A stretch of 64,000 bases of DNA from Clostridiales bacterium (GCA_015056005.1 SVHB01000002.1:13188-77187); one strand, 5' to 3'; positions 1 to 9,536 are shown, counted from the stretch's first letter. Made by a program: numbers and translations. The notes: generated by a model not told the origin, from the sequence alone.

Positions 1-373
1 TGATATTGATATCAGGATATCTGTGATGGTATTTTTCAAGTATGGGCAAAAGGAAATGCTTGCAGATGGTATCGCTTGCTCCGATATGTATCTCTCCGCC
101 GCTGAGATTTTTGAGCTGGTTCATCCTCTCTTCGGCGGATTCTATGAGCGAGCAGGCTTGCTCAACGTAACCGTATAAAGCCTCGCCCTCGTGGGTCAAA
201 GCTATGCCTCTTGAATTTCTTGTAAACAGCTGCGCACCCAGACGTTCTTCAAGCTGCTTGATCGCCTGACTTACAGCAGGCTGAGAGATATAGAGTTCAC
301 GGGCGGCCTTTGATATGCTGCCGGCCTTGGCAGTGATACGAAATACCCTATAGAGATCCAAACTTATATCCAT
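1..373 (-). CDS. LysR-family transcriptional regulator (N-terminal part, runs off window edge)
   Basis: Not in the supplied track. Reverse translation from the ATG at 373-371 gives MDISLDLYRVFRITAKAGSISKAARELYISQPAVSQAIKQLEERLGAQLFTR..., a LysR winged-HTH. The frame stays open to position 1. Confidence 0.85.
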   Translation of the reverse strand, partial: MDISLDLYRVFRITAKAGSISKAARELYISQPAVSQAIKQLEERLGAQLFTRNSRGIALTHEGEALYGYVEQACSLIESAEERMNQLKNLSGGEIHIGASDTICKHFLLPILEKYHHRYPDINI

Positions 374-399
374 TTTCACCACGCCCGTCATATAAATTA

Positions 400-428
400 T
401 TTACAACTTCGTCAATTGCTATTATAAT
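400..428 (+). promoter_or_regulatory. Candidate sigma-A promoter for cca (TTTACA-17 nt-TATAAT)
   Basis: -35 tttaca at 400-405 and -10 tataat at 423-428, 17-nt spacer, about 47 nt upstream of the cca ATG. Confidence 0.45.
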
Positions 429-438
429 ACATTATAGC
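418..438. promoter_or_regulatory. Imperfect 21-bp palindrome, candidate LysR-type operator overlapping the cca -10
   Basis: GCTATTAT-N5-ATTATAGC; 7 of 8 arm positions are complementary. It lies in the divergent LysR/cca intergenic region. Confidence 0.25.
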
Positions 439-474
439 TCATGTGCACAATATTTTAAAGGGAATTTTTAGCAT

Positions 475-1656
475 ATGTCGAAAAAAATATTTATGCCATC
501 AGAAATCAAATATGTTATAGAAAGGCTTTTGCAAAACGGATATAAGGCCTATATCGTCGGCGGCTGCGTTCGTGACAGCATTATGGGGATAGAACCAAAG
601 GATTGGGATATCACCACATCCGCAACGCCCGACGAGACTATGCATGTATTCTTTGATCATAAAGTCATCCCCACCGGCATCAAACACGGTACGGTCACTG
701 TCTGTATCGGCGAATTTATGACTGAGATCACCACCTTCCGTACGGAAAACGGCTATTCCGACGGCAGGCATCCTGACTGCGTTTCCTTTGTGCGCGATGT
801 GAAGGATGATCTCATGCGCAGGGATTTTACAGTGAACGCAATGGCATACAACGATAAAGACGGGCTTATCGATCACTTCGGCGGTTGTGATGATATTGAA
901 AACAAGATCATCCGCTGTGTGGGCGATGCTGAAACAAGGTTTTCAGAGGATGCTCTCAGGATACTCAGAGCTTTAAGATTCGCATCCGTTCTTGGGTTCG
1001 AGATAGAAAGCGATACTGCAAGGGCAGCGAAAAACCTTGCTTATACACTCAATAGGATATCCAAAGAGAGAATATGTACAGAGCTGAAAAAGCTGATTAC
1101 GGGCAAATATAGCGCCGATATTATGAAAGGCTTTGCAGATATATTGAATACAGCAATCAAATCAGCTGATTTTTCAGGCAAAGCGGACATGATCGCAAAT
1201 TGTGAGCCGGTTCTTGTGCCAAGGCTTGCTCTTTTGATGGAAAATGTACCCGCTGATTTGGTAGAAAGCGAGCTTGCCGCTTTAAGATTTGAGAAAAGAA
1301 CGATAAATCAGGTAATCAAAATCTTGCCTTTTGTTATTTCCGGAGTAAAAAGCGACCGTTTCAGCGTAAAGTACGCGCTTTATAAACTGGGATTTGAAGA
1401 TTTTGCCTTGTTATCAAAGGCTCTTTACGCAAAATTCGACAAAATCGATATACAGGATATTGCAAACGAAGTAATCTTGAATAAAGAATGCTATAATATT
1501 TCCATGCTTGACTGCAGCGGCAGGGATATTATAGAATTAGGGTATAAAGGCGCCGAAATATCCTCCGCGCTGGAAAATGCGCTTATGGCAGTGATGCAAG
1601 GAAACATCGAAAACAATAAAAATCAAATCATAACTTATATAAAAGGATCGAGGTAA
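475..1656 (+). CDS. cca: CCA-adding tRNA nucleotidyltransferase (poly(A) polymerase/CCA family)
   Basis: N-terminal GGCVRD...DWDITT nucleotidyltransferase motif, RRDFTVNA motif, 393 aa. Confidence 0.9.
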   Translation: MSKKIFMPSEIKYVIERLLQNGYKAYIVGGCVRDSIMGIEPKDWDITTSATPDETMHVFFDHKVIPTGIKHGTVTVCIGEFMTEITTFRTENGYSDGRHPDCVSFVRDVKDDLMRRDFTVNAMAYNDKDGLIDHFGGCDDIENKIIRCVGDAETRFSEDALRILRALRFASVLGFEIESDTARAAKNLAYTLNRISKERICTELKKLITGKYSADIMKGFADILNTAIKSADFSGKADMIANCEPVLVPRLALLMENVPADLVESELAALRFEKRTINQVIKILPFVISGVKSDRFSVKYALYKLGFEDFALLSKALYAKFDKIDIQDIANEVILNKECYNISMLDCSGRDIIELGYKGAEISSALENALMAVMQGNIENNKNQIITYIKGSR

Positions 1657-1662
1657 TTTAGG

Positions 1663-1875
1663 ATGGATATGGATAAGCTTATCGCAAGAATAAATGAACT
1701 TGCACATAAGGCAAAGACCGTCGGTCTTTCAAGCGAAGAGGAATCAGAAAGAAAGCAGCTGCGTCAGGAATACTTGAAGCTGTTCAGAATGCAGTTTCAG
1801 CAGCAGTTGGATAATACCTATGTGATGGACGAATCAGGCGAAAAGCGCAAGCTGGAAAGGAAAAGGCCCAACTGA
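1663..1875 (+). CDS. DUF896/UPF0291 (YnzC-like) small protein
   Basis: 70-aa helical protein reading INELAHKAKTVGLSSEEESERKQLRQEYL, typical of UPF0291. It starts 7 nt after the cca stop. Confidence 0.7.
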   Translation: MDMDKLIARINELAHKAKTVGLSSEEESERKQLRQEYLKLFRMQFQQQLDNTYVMDESGEKRKLERKRPN

Positions 1876-2228
1876 TGGCTATTCAGGTTTTTGGAAAAAG
1901 CAAATGCTTTGATACTAAAAAAGCCGAACGCTGGTTCAAAGAGCGAGGGGTAAAATTTCAATCTGTTGATCTTATCAAATTCGGCATGAGTCAGGGCGAA
2001 CTCAAAAGCGTTATCCAGAGCGTTGGCATAGATAATGTCATAGATACTCAGGCTAAGGGCTATGCTGAAAGTCTGCTGCCCTATACAAGCTCTGTCGACG
2101 GCAAAATTGCCTATCTGCTCGAGAATCAGGCGTTTATAAAAACGCCCATTGTCAGAAACGGTAAAAAAGCTACTGTTGGTATAGAAACAGAAATATGGTC
2201 TCAGTGGATAAAGGACGGGATCAAATAA
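1875..2228 (+). CDS. ArsC/Spx-family (thioredoxin-fold, YffB-like) protein
   Basis: N-terminal IQVFGKSKCFDTKKAERWF (CxxK) and C-terminal IKTPIVRNG, as in the ArsC family. TGATG overlap with the upstream gene. Confidence 0.75.
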   Translation: MAIQVFGKSKCFDTKKAERWFKERGVKFQSVDLIKFGMSQGELKSVIQSVGIDNVIDTQAKGYAESLLPYTSSVDGKIAYLLENQAFIKTPIVRNGKKATVGIETEIWSQWIKDGIK

Positions 2229-3430
2229 TGAAACCATCTTTTGATTTGAACGCTGTAAAAAGCATCATCGGTACTCATGATGATCTATGGCGCTGGGAAG
2301 AAGCGAAGGCTTGTTACGATCCCGAGTTTGTTAAGCTTTTTTCTTATGATTATCTTTTGAGCGTAAACGATCTCGTTTGCTTCGATTCCAAGCATCTGAA
2401 AAGCTCCGCAAAAGCAATGGAAGCAATAAAAAACGAGCCTGTGGTCTATGCTCTTGCGTGGTATTACTACTATGTGCTCTATATCCGCGCCGAGTTCGAT
2501 ATGCACCAAAGCAATCCGTATATCCCCATCCCACGGCTTAAAACCGGAAACGCTGTTATAGACAACAGCTTTGGTCTCTGTGTCGATCTTGCAGCAGTAA
2601 AGTTTGCAAGAGAACGCTATCAAAGGCTGGGGATCCCGGAATGCTATCTTAAAGATGTATTGCAGGATTTCAATAACTGGATAGGTTATTTCGAAAACAG
2701 ATACGGTACTTTTGGGTTTGACAGAGAAAACTGGGTGATGCATCACTTGCAGCTTACCCTTTTCAGAGTCGGGCGTCTTCAGTTTGAGATGCGCAAATTC
2801 GGAAGGACAGCCATAGTTTTTAAGAAAAAACAAAGCGATGAAGTCATCGCGATAGCCAACAGCGGAATTTTAGTGCGCGCAGATGGGCTGATAGACGGCA
2901 CAAACGAGGTTTGGGATCCTAAGTTTATGACCCATGTAAAAGTGACTCAGGAAGGCTATCACGGTTTCAGGCTCGATCCGAGGGGTTATATCACCGATGA
3001 AACAGTATTTTTGCCCTACTCCGATTGGGAAATTGCGCTGAAGCCCGGGGATAATATCCTTTCCATTCATATACCTAAAAACGGAAGCTTTGCGCCGGAA
3101 AATTTAGTGGATTCGCTCAAAGCCGGTCCCGACTTCTACAATAAGTATCTGCCCTGGTATCATCCCAAAGCGCTTGTAAGCGGCACCTGGCTTTTTGAGG
3201 ATCAGCTGGCGGATATGCTTGGAGAACAAAGCAATATAGTTGCTTTCCAGCGCATGTTCTATCGCTATCCGGAGCGCAGCAGCGATGCTGCTTTTAAGCA
3301 GTTTGCGTTCTTTGATCCCGATATTGATTTCCTTACGGTAAAACCAAAAACAAGCCTGCAGAGAAAGATAGTTGAGCTATATAAGAACGGTGGAAAGCTT
3401 CATACCTCCGGCGGATTTTTACTTATTTAG
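2228..3430 (+). CDS. Conserved hypothetical protein, possibly acyltransferase-like (NAT_N/GNAT_C-type)
   Basis: The ATG at 2228 overlaps the upstream stop (TAATG). 400 aa, no motif I can assign with certainty; the family guess is from recall only. Confidence 0.6.
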   Translation: MKPSFDLNAVKSIIGTHDDLWRWEEAKACYDPEFVKLFSYDYLLSVNDLVCFDSKHLKSSAKAMEAIKNEPVVYALAWYYYYVLYIRAEFDMHQSNPYIPIPRLKTGNAVIDNSFGLCVDLAAVKFARERYQRLGIPECYLKDVLQDFNNWIGYFENRYGTFGFDRENWVMHHLQLTLFRVGRLQFEMRKFGRTAIVFKKKQSDEVIAIANSGILVRADGLIDGTNEVWDPKFMTHVKVTQEGYHGFRLDPRGYITDETVFLPYSDWEIALKPGDNILSIHIPKNGSFAPENLVDSLKAGPDFYNKYLPWYHPKALVSGTWLFEDQLADMLGEQSNIVAFQRMFYRYPERSSDAAFKQFAFFDPDIDFLTVKPKTSLQRKIVELYKNGGKLHTSGGFLLI

Positions 3431-3459
3431 GAAAAATATTAAAAAATACGTAAAAACGC

Positions 3460-3488
3460 TTGCATAATAGTTAAAGATGTGTTATACT
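3460..3488 (+). promoter_or_regulatory. Sigma-A promoter for rpsT (TTGCAT-17 nt-TATACT with TGt extension)
   Basis: ttgcat at 3460-3465 and tatact at 3483-3488 preceded by tgt. A GGAGG RBS sits at 3511-3515. Confidence 0.55.
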
Positions 3489-3523
3489 TATTGAGTTGAT
3501 TTATGCTTCAGGAGGTGAACAAC

Positions 3524-3796
3524 ATGCCACACGTGCCGATTATTAAGTCTGCTATTAAGCGTGTTGATGTAACGAAGACCAAGACTCTTCGCAATCGTAT
3601 GATAAAGTCCAATCTGCATACCACGCATAAGAAGCTTGATGCAGCTATCGCTGCTAACGATGCAGCTGCTGTCCAGACCGAGCTTCGCAGCGCCGTGTCC
3701 GCTTACGACAAGGCCGCTTCCAAGGGCGTTATGCACAAGAACGCCGTTAATCGCAAAAAGGCTCAGCTTGCTAAGGCTGCCGCAGCGGTTAAGTAA
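3524..3796 (+). CDS. rpsT: 30S ribosomal protein S20
   Basis: MPHVPIIKSAIKRVDVTKTKTLRNRMIKS...; basic 90-aa protein. The ATG at 3524 lies 8 nt after GGAGG; the track start at 3503 is probably too early. Confidence 0.92.
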   Translation: MPHVPIIKSAIKRVDVTKTKTLRNRMIKSNLHTTHKKLDAAIAANDAAAVQTELRSAVSAYDKAASKGVMHKNAVNRKKAQLAKAAAAVK

Positions 3797-3814
3797 TTCA
3801 GATATGGAATTTTC

Positions 3815-3841
3815 AGGGTTGCTTTTGCAGCCCTTTTTTTA
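3815..3841 (+). terminator. Rho-independent terminator after rpsT
   Basis: Stem agggttgc/gcagccct with a tttt loop, followed by T7. Confidence 0.75.
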
Positions 3842-3858
3842 TTTCCCGGGAGTATGAG

Positions 3859-4317
3859 ATGAAAACCGAATTCATGGATCTTAGCAGATTTGATCTTACG
3901 CAAGAAAACATAGCTCTTCAGCTTGACCGCACCCAAGAGGGCGGCGTGCAAAAGGGTTATGTGCCCGCCTACCACTTTTATATTATCGACCGCAAGACGG
4001 GCAAAAACGCAGGCAGATGCGATTTACGCCTTGGGCATAACGAAAGACTTTATTACGGCGGAAATATCGGGTATACGGTTTTCCCCGATTTCAGAGGCGA
4101 TCATTTTGCTCAGAAAGCCTGCAGAGCCCTCTTTAAGCTTGCCAAAGCGCACGAAATGGATTATGTGATTATCACATGCGACCCCGATAATATCGCATCA
4201 AGGAAAACTTTAGAAGGCTTAAACGGCGAGCTTCTGGGCGTGTATCCCCTGCCCGACTGGCATGATATGTACAAAGCCGGACATTTACACACCTGCATTT
4301 TCAAATTTAAGATATAA
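3859..4317 (+). CDS. GNAT-family N-acetyltransferase
   Basis: 152 aa; GNIGYTVFPDFRGDHFAQKACRALFKLA core resembles GNAT motif A; C-terminal ...SRKTLEGLNG. Confidence 0.75.
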   Translation: MKTEFMDLSRFDLTQENIALQLDRTQEGGVQKGYVPAYHFYIIDRKTGKNAGRCDLRLGHNERLYYGGNIGYTVFPDFRGDHFAQKACRALFKLAKAHEMDYVIITCDPDNIASRKTLEGLNGELLGVYPLPDWHDMYKAGHLHTCIFKFKI

Positions 4318-4351
4318 AAATACCTTTGACATTTCGTCAAAGGTATTTTTT
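4316..4351. terminator. Bidirectional intrinsic terminator between convergent genes
   Basis: A5, then tacctttgac-atttc-gtcaaaggta (perfect 10-bp stem), then T6. Confidence 0.8.
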
Positions 4352-4358
4352 AATAACA

Positions 4359-4658
4359 TCAATATGGAGTGAGCTCAACTACTGTGGAAGAACCAAACCT
4401 GATGGTCAGCACACCGTCTTCAAGGCTGTAGTAGCCTTCCAGAAGGCCGTATTCGGTGTTGAGCGCGATCGCATTGTTATCGCCCAGCATATACTCATAT
4501 TCTTCAACATTATTGATGGTTACGGTATTGGTGGTAAAGAACCATGTTGTACCATCCTCGGTGACCCAATCACCGTAGAGTTCGGGCGTGCATGCCGTGA
4601 GAGTCATGACGATCAATAACGCAGCTATAAGCAAAGCAAGGCTTTTGATTTTTTTCAT
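4359..4658 (-). CDS. Small lipoprotein of unknown function
   Basis: Signal peptide MKKIKSLALLIAALLIVMTLTAC with lipobox LTAC; 99 aa. Confidence 0.7.
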   Translation of the reverse strand: MKKIKSLALLIAALLIVMTLTACTPELYGDWVTEDGTTWFFTTNTVTINNVEEYEYMLGDNNAIALNTEYGLLEGYYSLEDGVLTIRFGSSTVVELTPY

Positions 4659-4738
4659 ATGTCAGAATCCCCCTTGTGTATGTTCTTCATTATAGCATAC
4701 TTTGATGAATATTTCTACCATAATTTATGAACAAGCAC

Positions 4739-6133
4739 TTAAAGCTTCTTGACCTTGGGACCCTGAGCGGTATCTTCGATCACATAACCCATTGCCTTCA
4801 GCTGGTCGCGAACTGCGTCTGCGGTTGCCCAATCCTTGGCTTTTCTGGCCTGCTGACGCTTTTCGACAAGCTGCATTATCTCATCGTCTGCACCGGTCTT
4901 GTCCTTCTTGAGAAGGCCCAGAACATCGGTGAGCTTTAAGAGCATATCAAGAGCGGCTTTTGCAACTTCTCTATTAAGGCCGGGCTTTACCACGATGTTT
5001 GCCGCGGAAACGAGCTCAAAAATTACACCGATAGCATTTGCGGTATTGAAGTCATCGTCCATTGCTTCGCAGTATTTTGCTTCAAAATCAGGCAGAGATG
5101 CGATAAATGCCTTCTGATCTTCGGTAAGCTCTGTATCTGCTGCGTTTGCAAGAGCGAATTCATAGTCGGCCTTTGCGTTATAGAGCCTTTCAAGACCGTT
5201 CTTGGACTGCTCGACCAGATCTTCGGAGAAGTTGATGGGGCTTCTATAGTGAGCGCTCAAAAGGAACAGACGGATAACTTCAAGGTCATACTTTGTGGAA
5301 ATATCGCGGACGGTAAAGAAATTGCCCTTGGACTTGGACATCTTTTCATTATTGATACTTATGAAACCGTTGTGCATCCAATAATTTGCAAAGGGCTTAC
5401 CGGTTGCGCAGCAGGACTGTGCCACTTCGTTTTCATGATGGGGGAAGAGCAGATCCTGACCGCCGCAATGGATATCAAAGGTCTCGCCCAGATACTTCAT
5501 GGACATTGCGGAGCACTCGATATGCCAGCCGGGACGACCTTTGCCCCAGGGGCTTTCCCAGAAGGGCTCGCCTTCTTTATAGGCCTTCCAGAGGGCAAAA
5601 TCAGCGGGATTGCGCTTATTTTCGTCAACACTTACTCTGAAGCCGCTCTCAAGCTCGTCGATATTCTGACCGGAGAAATGACCGTACTGCTTAAATTTAT
5701 GAGTATCAAAGTATACGCCATCGGCAGCCTGATAGGCATATCCGTTTTCTTCGAGTTTCTTAATGATCTCAATGATTTCGGGAATATGCTCGGTCGCTCT
5801 GGGATGAACATCTGCGCGCATGATGCCAAGAGCATCGGCATCCTTAAAGTATTCTTCGATAAAATGGTCGCCCATTTCCTTTACAGTGATGCCTTCCTTT
5901 TTGGAGTTATCGATCATCTTGTCGTCGATATCGGTAAGGTTCTGAACATAAGTGACCTTATAGCCTTTATACATAAAATATCTTCTGAGCACGTCAAAAG
6001 TGGTGAACGGACGCGCGTTACCGATATGGAAATAGTTATAGACTGTAGGACCGCAGGTATAGATCCTTACCTCGCCGGGATGAACGGGCTTGAATTCTTC
6101 CTTACGCCTTGTGGATGAATTAAAGATATACAT
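4739..6133 (-). CDS. cysS: Cysteine--tRNA ligase
   Basis: HIGNARP (HIGH) and KMSKSKGN (KMSKS) class I motifs; 464 aa with typical CysRS architecture. Confidence 0.95.
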   Translation of the reverse strand: MYIFNSSTRRKEEFKPVHPGEVRIYTCGPTVYNYFHIGNARPFTTFDVLRRYFMYKGYKVTYVQNLTDIDDKMIDNSKKEGITVKEMGDHFIEEYFKDADALGIMRADVHPRATEHIPEIIEIIKKLEENGYAYQAADGVYFDTHKFKQYGHFSGQNIDELESGFRVSVDENKRNPADFALWKAYKEGEPFWESPWGKGRPGWHIECSAMSMKYLGETFDIHCGGQDLLFPHHENEVAQSCCATGKPFANYWMHNGFISINNEKMSKSKGNFFTVRDISTKYDLEVIRLFLLSAHYRSPINFSEDLVEQSKNGLERLYNAKADYEFALANAADTELTEDQKAFIASLPDFEAKYCEAMDDDFNTANAIGVIFELVSAANIVVKPGLNREVAKAALDMLLKLTDVLGLLKKDKTGADDEIMQLVEKRQQARKAKDWATADAVRDQLKAMGYVIEDTAQGPKVKKL

Positions 6134-6175
6134 TATTTTCTCCTTTCATATGTCTGCGCAAAAGCGCTTTTGTCA

Positions 6176-6790
6176 TTATTTATTTGATAGAGCTCTTTCA
6201 AGCTCTTCAATTCTCTGTGTCAGCTCCTGAAAACGCTGTGCTACGGGATCGGGCAGATGGATCTGGTCCAAGTCGACTCCGACTTTCTTCTCATCCTTTT
6301 TGACTATCCTTCCGGGAATACCTACCACAGTGCTGTTTTCGGGTACCTCTTTAAGCACTACAGAACCCGCGCCGATCTTTGAGTTATCCCCTACCTTGAA
6401 GGGACCTAAAACCTTTGCGCCCGAACCGATGGTAACATTATTGCCAATGGTAGGATGGCGTTTGCCCGTATCCTTACCCGTACCGCCCAAAGTCACGCCT
6501 TGATAGATTGTGACATTATCGCCTATCTCGGTCGTTTCGCCGATAACAACGCCCATACCGTGATCGATAAAGAAACCGTCACCTATGGTCGCGCCTGGAT
6601 GTATTTCGATTCCCGTAAAAGCTCTTGTAAGCTGAGAAATAAGCCTTGCAAGGAGCTTGAAATGCTTTTTCCATAAAAAATGCGAAACCCTGTGCCACAA
6701 TATGGCATGCACACTGGGATAACACAAAAGCACCTCTAATGCGTTTCGCGCCGCAGGATCTCTTTCAAGGACCGATCTTATGGTACTCAT
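6176..6790 (-). CDS. cysE: Serine O-acetyltransferase
   Basis: Left-handed beta-helix hexapeptide repeats ([17 protein letters not shown]...[15 protein letters not shown]) and the N-terminal SAT helical region. Confidence 0.92.
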   Translation of the reverse strand: MSTIRSVLERDPAARNALEVLLCYPSVHAILWHRVSHFLWKKHFKLLARLISQLTRAFTGIEIHPGATIGDGFFIDHGMGVVIGETTEIGDNVTIYQGVTLGGTGKDTGKRHPTIGNNVTIGSGAKVLGPFKVGDNSKIGAGSVVLKEVPENSTVVGIPGRIVKKDEKKVGVDLDQIHLPDPVAQRFQELTQRIEELERALSNK

Positions 6791-7037
6791 GTGCTTTCAC
6801 CCCTGTATCTAAAAAATATAAAACCGCGATCACACCAAGAGGCGATTGACCGCGGTTCCACTCTAATTAAACTCGTAAGGCAAATATCGCTGCCCAAACG
6901 CTGCAAGTTACTGCAGGAACTGAACGGGTGCACTTTCGATCACGCTGCTATGAAAACGCTCTCAGCCGTTTCCGACGTTTTCTCTCTTTATAGGCTATGA
7001 TCTACTCTTCCCGCGTAGACGTTCAAATATTCAATTC
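6791..7037 (-). promoter_or_regulatory. T-box leader RNA (Cys specifier UGC) with terminator/antiterminator, controlling cysE-cysS
   Basis: The minus strand carries GAAAGUGCACCC (UGC at 6932-6930), the T-box sequence AAUUAGAGUGGAACCGCGG (6868-6850), and a terminator hairpin (6857-6822) followed by UUUAUAUUUUUU. Confidence 0.85.
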
Positions 7038-7043
7038 AGTTGG

Positions 7044-7071
7044 ATTATACCACAAACCACAGCTTTGTCAA
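7044..7071 (-). promoter_or_regulatory. Sigma-A promoter of the cysE-cysS T-box leader (TTGACA-16 nt-TATAAT)
   Basis: Reverse complement of 7071-7066 is TTGACA and of 7049-7044 is TATAAT. Confidence 0.65.
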
Positions 7072-7074
7072 GCC

Positions 7075-8328
7075 TTAGATCTGCTTGCAGTTGGCGAGCA
7101 GATACTTCTCGGCTTCCGCATTCCAGAGGTTATTGGTCTTTTTAACTATCTTGGCAAGCTCAGCATACATGGGATCGGTTTCACCCAGCTTCTCAAAATC
7201 ATCGATAGCGGTAAGGGGCATATCAAGATGAGTATAAACGAGCTTCTTGCCGCCGGGGATATTGGGAAGGTTGAGGGTGGTTTCGGCAACGGCGTTCAGA
7301 CCGCCGATATGGGTGACCATACCTGCGGGATTAATCTGACCCTTTGCCATCATATCCAGAGCTTCCTTCATGTCGTCAGTATTGCCGCCGCTGGTGCCGA
7401 CGATATGGGTAGCGCCGTAATGTACGTTATAGAAATTGAAGTTTGCGCTGAACTTCTTGTCAATGGGACCTGCAAAGAAGTTCAGGCAGCCGTCATGACC
7501 CAAAATAGCGTCGGACTGCTCAACAACAGCGCGTACTGGAGCCATGCAGAATACATCATCGTAGCCGGTGCCGCCGGTGAAAGCCATAAGCTGTTCGACC
7601 GCATCGCCGCTGCCGGTATTGAGATAATGCAGCTCTACACCGTTCTTTTTTGCCATTTCCACGGTATAAATGGTAGCAGCTCTGTCAAGGCGTTCCTGAT
7701 TGATATCGGTAACAACGAGCAGACTGGGCTTGATGGGACCGTTGATTGCATAATCGATAGCGCCAAGACCCATGGGACCTACGCCTGCCAGAATAGCGAG
7801 CTTGCCGCCTTCCACAATACCCATTTTATGCACATAGGAGCCATACTGTGTATGATACTGAGCGTGGAAAGCGCCGATGATGCAGCTCATGGGTTCTGAA
7901 AGAGAGCCGTAGAAGAAAGCGTCGCCGGTGTATCTGAGAAGGCTGCCGGTGGTGAGATATATTTCGGGAACGATGACATAGGTCGCATCGCCGCCAATAT
8001 ACTCATAGGAATAACCGGGAGCGTTCATGGTAGTGGAAATAGCCGGCTGGATGGAAACGCGGTCGCCGACCTTATACTCGTTTTCCCAATTTTTACCGAC
8101 CTTTGCGATGGTGCCGCAGAATTCGTGACCGACGATTACGGGATGCTCTGCAACATTATCGGGTACGCGCTTATGAGCTGCACCCTGCTCTGCTGCCTTA
8201 TAGGTGGACATGCAAAGGCTGTCGGAAACTATTTTGAGAAGAACTTCGCTGTCTTTGATCTCGGGAAGCTCAAATTCGCCGAGGCGAAGATCCTCTTTGC
8301 CATATAATCTGACTGCTTTGGTTTTCAT
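7075..8328 (-). CDS. Zn-dependent medium-chain dehydrogenase, sorbose-1-phosphate-reductase-like (long 417-aa form)
   Basis: GHEFCG zinc/catalytic motif and GVGPMGLG NAD(P) fold. The length and N-terminus (MKTKAVRLYGKEDLRLGEFELPEIKD...LCMSTYKAAEQGAAHKRVP) resemble SorE-type enzymes from recall. Confidence 0.7.
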   Translation of the reverse strand: MKTKAVRLYGKEDLRLGEFELPEIKDSEVLLKIVSDSLCMSTYKAAEQGAAHKRVPDNVAEHPVIVGHEFCGTIAKVGKNWENEYKVGDRVSIQPAISTTMNAPGYSYEYIGGDATYVIVPEIYLTTGSLLRYTGDAFFYGSLSEPMSCIIGAFHAQYHTQYGSYVHKMGIVEGGKLAILAGVGPMGLGAIDYAINGPIKPSLLVVTDINQERLDRAATIYTVEMAKKNGVELHYLNTGSGDAVEQLMAFTGGTGYDDVFCMAPVRAVVEQSDAILGHDGCLNFFAGPIDKKFSANFNFYNVHYGATHIVGTSGGNTDDMKEALDMMAKGQINPAGMVTHIGGLNAVAETTLNLPNIPGGKKLVYTHLDMPLTAIDDFEKLGETDPMYAELAKIVKKTNNLWNAEAEKYLLANCKQI

Positions 8329-9536
8329 TACAGAATTTCCTCCAATTTATCTTTAGCGGTATAATACGCTTCAAGCACTCCGCTTTGGAGCGGATGTTTG
8401 ATATCGATACCGGAAAGTATCTCTATCGCGCTGACAATGCCGCGTTTTTTGACCGTATCCAGAACCTTTTCGGTACCCGGATCTTCAGAGAGATTGAAAA
8501 GATAACCATGTGCTATAGCGTTGACAAGATTTTCGGGATATCTGCCCGCCTTCAGGCAAAGCATTGCAGGACCGACAAGTCGATCGCCCACAGCAAGCTT
8601 TCTTGCGGTATCGGAACCCAAGCGCTCAAGGGTGTCCTTCAGCATGGGGTTATCGAGCATGTCGACAACACTGAAGCACCATTCCTTCATTTCCTTTTCG
8701 TCAAAGCCGAATTCGTTGCAAAGACCGAAAGAACTTTCCTCGATAACGCCGTCTATGACCTTTTTGATCTCGGGATCGCGGATAGCATCTACCGAATAGT
8801 AATAATTCCTCGCCGCGCCCAGATATGCAAGCGTTGCATGGCACATATTTGCGGTGTATATTTTTCTTACTTCAACAGCATGTATCTGCCTTGTCATCTG
8901 AAGGATGCTGCTTTGAGGAATAACGCTCTTAAATGCGGTCTCATCGGCTACCATATAAGGGAAACCGTTGTTCATGGTCGCAAGAGGCTCGTATTTCAGC
9001 ATTTCCTGAGGCGGATCTGTCGCCATTCTGGGAACGACGGTATCGATAAGCCCTACTTTTTCTTCAAGGAAATCAAGCGCCGAACCGCCAAGCACGTATT
9101 CCAAAGAAGTACGCATCTGTTTTGCGGGATTTACGGTGTTTACGCACATTATGATATCAAGGGGCGAATCGGGAAATTCCATAGCGCGCCTTGCAATACC
9201 AAGCGCAAGAGTCTGCGCAACTTCCGGAATGCTGTGCGCGTGCACGGCAACGCCGACTATCGCATCGGGACGGCTCAGAAGCTCGCTGATCTCCCCTTCC
9301 TGCGAAGTATGCAGTGCATCAAAGTCCTGAATGCTCACTCTGTGAGTGCTTTCTCTGTTGCATTTGATGATATTATATTTTTTGTGTTCGTTAAGATCAT
9401 CGACAAGCTTCCTATCGATATCAACAAAAGTGATATGATACCCAGCATCATTGAAAATTTCCGCAACAAAACCACGGCCGATCCTGCCTGCGCCTATGAT
9501 AATCGCGGTTCTTCTGCCAATACCATTGCCCTGCAT
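8328..9536 (-). CDS. Mannitol dehydrogenase family protein (mannitol-1-phosphate 5-dehydrogenase-like)
   Basis: N-terminal IIGAGRIGRGFVAEIFNDAGYHITFVD matches the MtlD-type Rossmann signature; 402 aa. 1-nt overlap with the downstream gene. Confidence 0.7.
   Translation of the reverse strand: MQGNGIGRRTAIIIGAGRIGRGFVAEIFNDAGYHITFVDIDRKLVDDLNEHKKYNIIKCNRESTHRVSIQDFDALHTSQEGEISELLSRPDAIVGVAVHAHSIPEVAQTLALGIARRAMEFPDSPLDIIMCVNTVNPAKQMRTSLEYVLGGSALDFLEEKVGLIDTVVPRMATDPPQEMLKYEPLATMNNGFPYMVADETAFKSVIPQSSILQMTRQIHAVEVRKIYTANMCHATLAYLGAARNYYYSVDAIRDPEIKKVIDGVIEESSFGLCNEFGFDEKEMKEWCFSVVDMLDNPMLKDTLERLGSDTARKLAVGDRLVGPAMLCLKAGRYPENLVNAIAHGYLFNLSEDPGTEKVLDTVKKRGIVSAIEILSGIDIKHPLQSGVLEAYYTAKDKLEEIL

Noticed and set aside
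5249-6118. Further long antisense ORFs, for example 5249-6118, 6997-7899, 22763-23533, 25911-26693, 29889-30602, 32591-33454, 34753-35694, 37672-38409, 45411-46109, 56743-57777 and 61386-62408.
   Set aside because: Each lies opposite a gene with strong family motifs and lacks start context and recognisable domains. I treated them as non-coding shadows.
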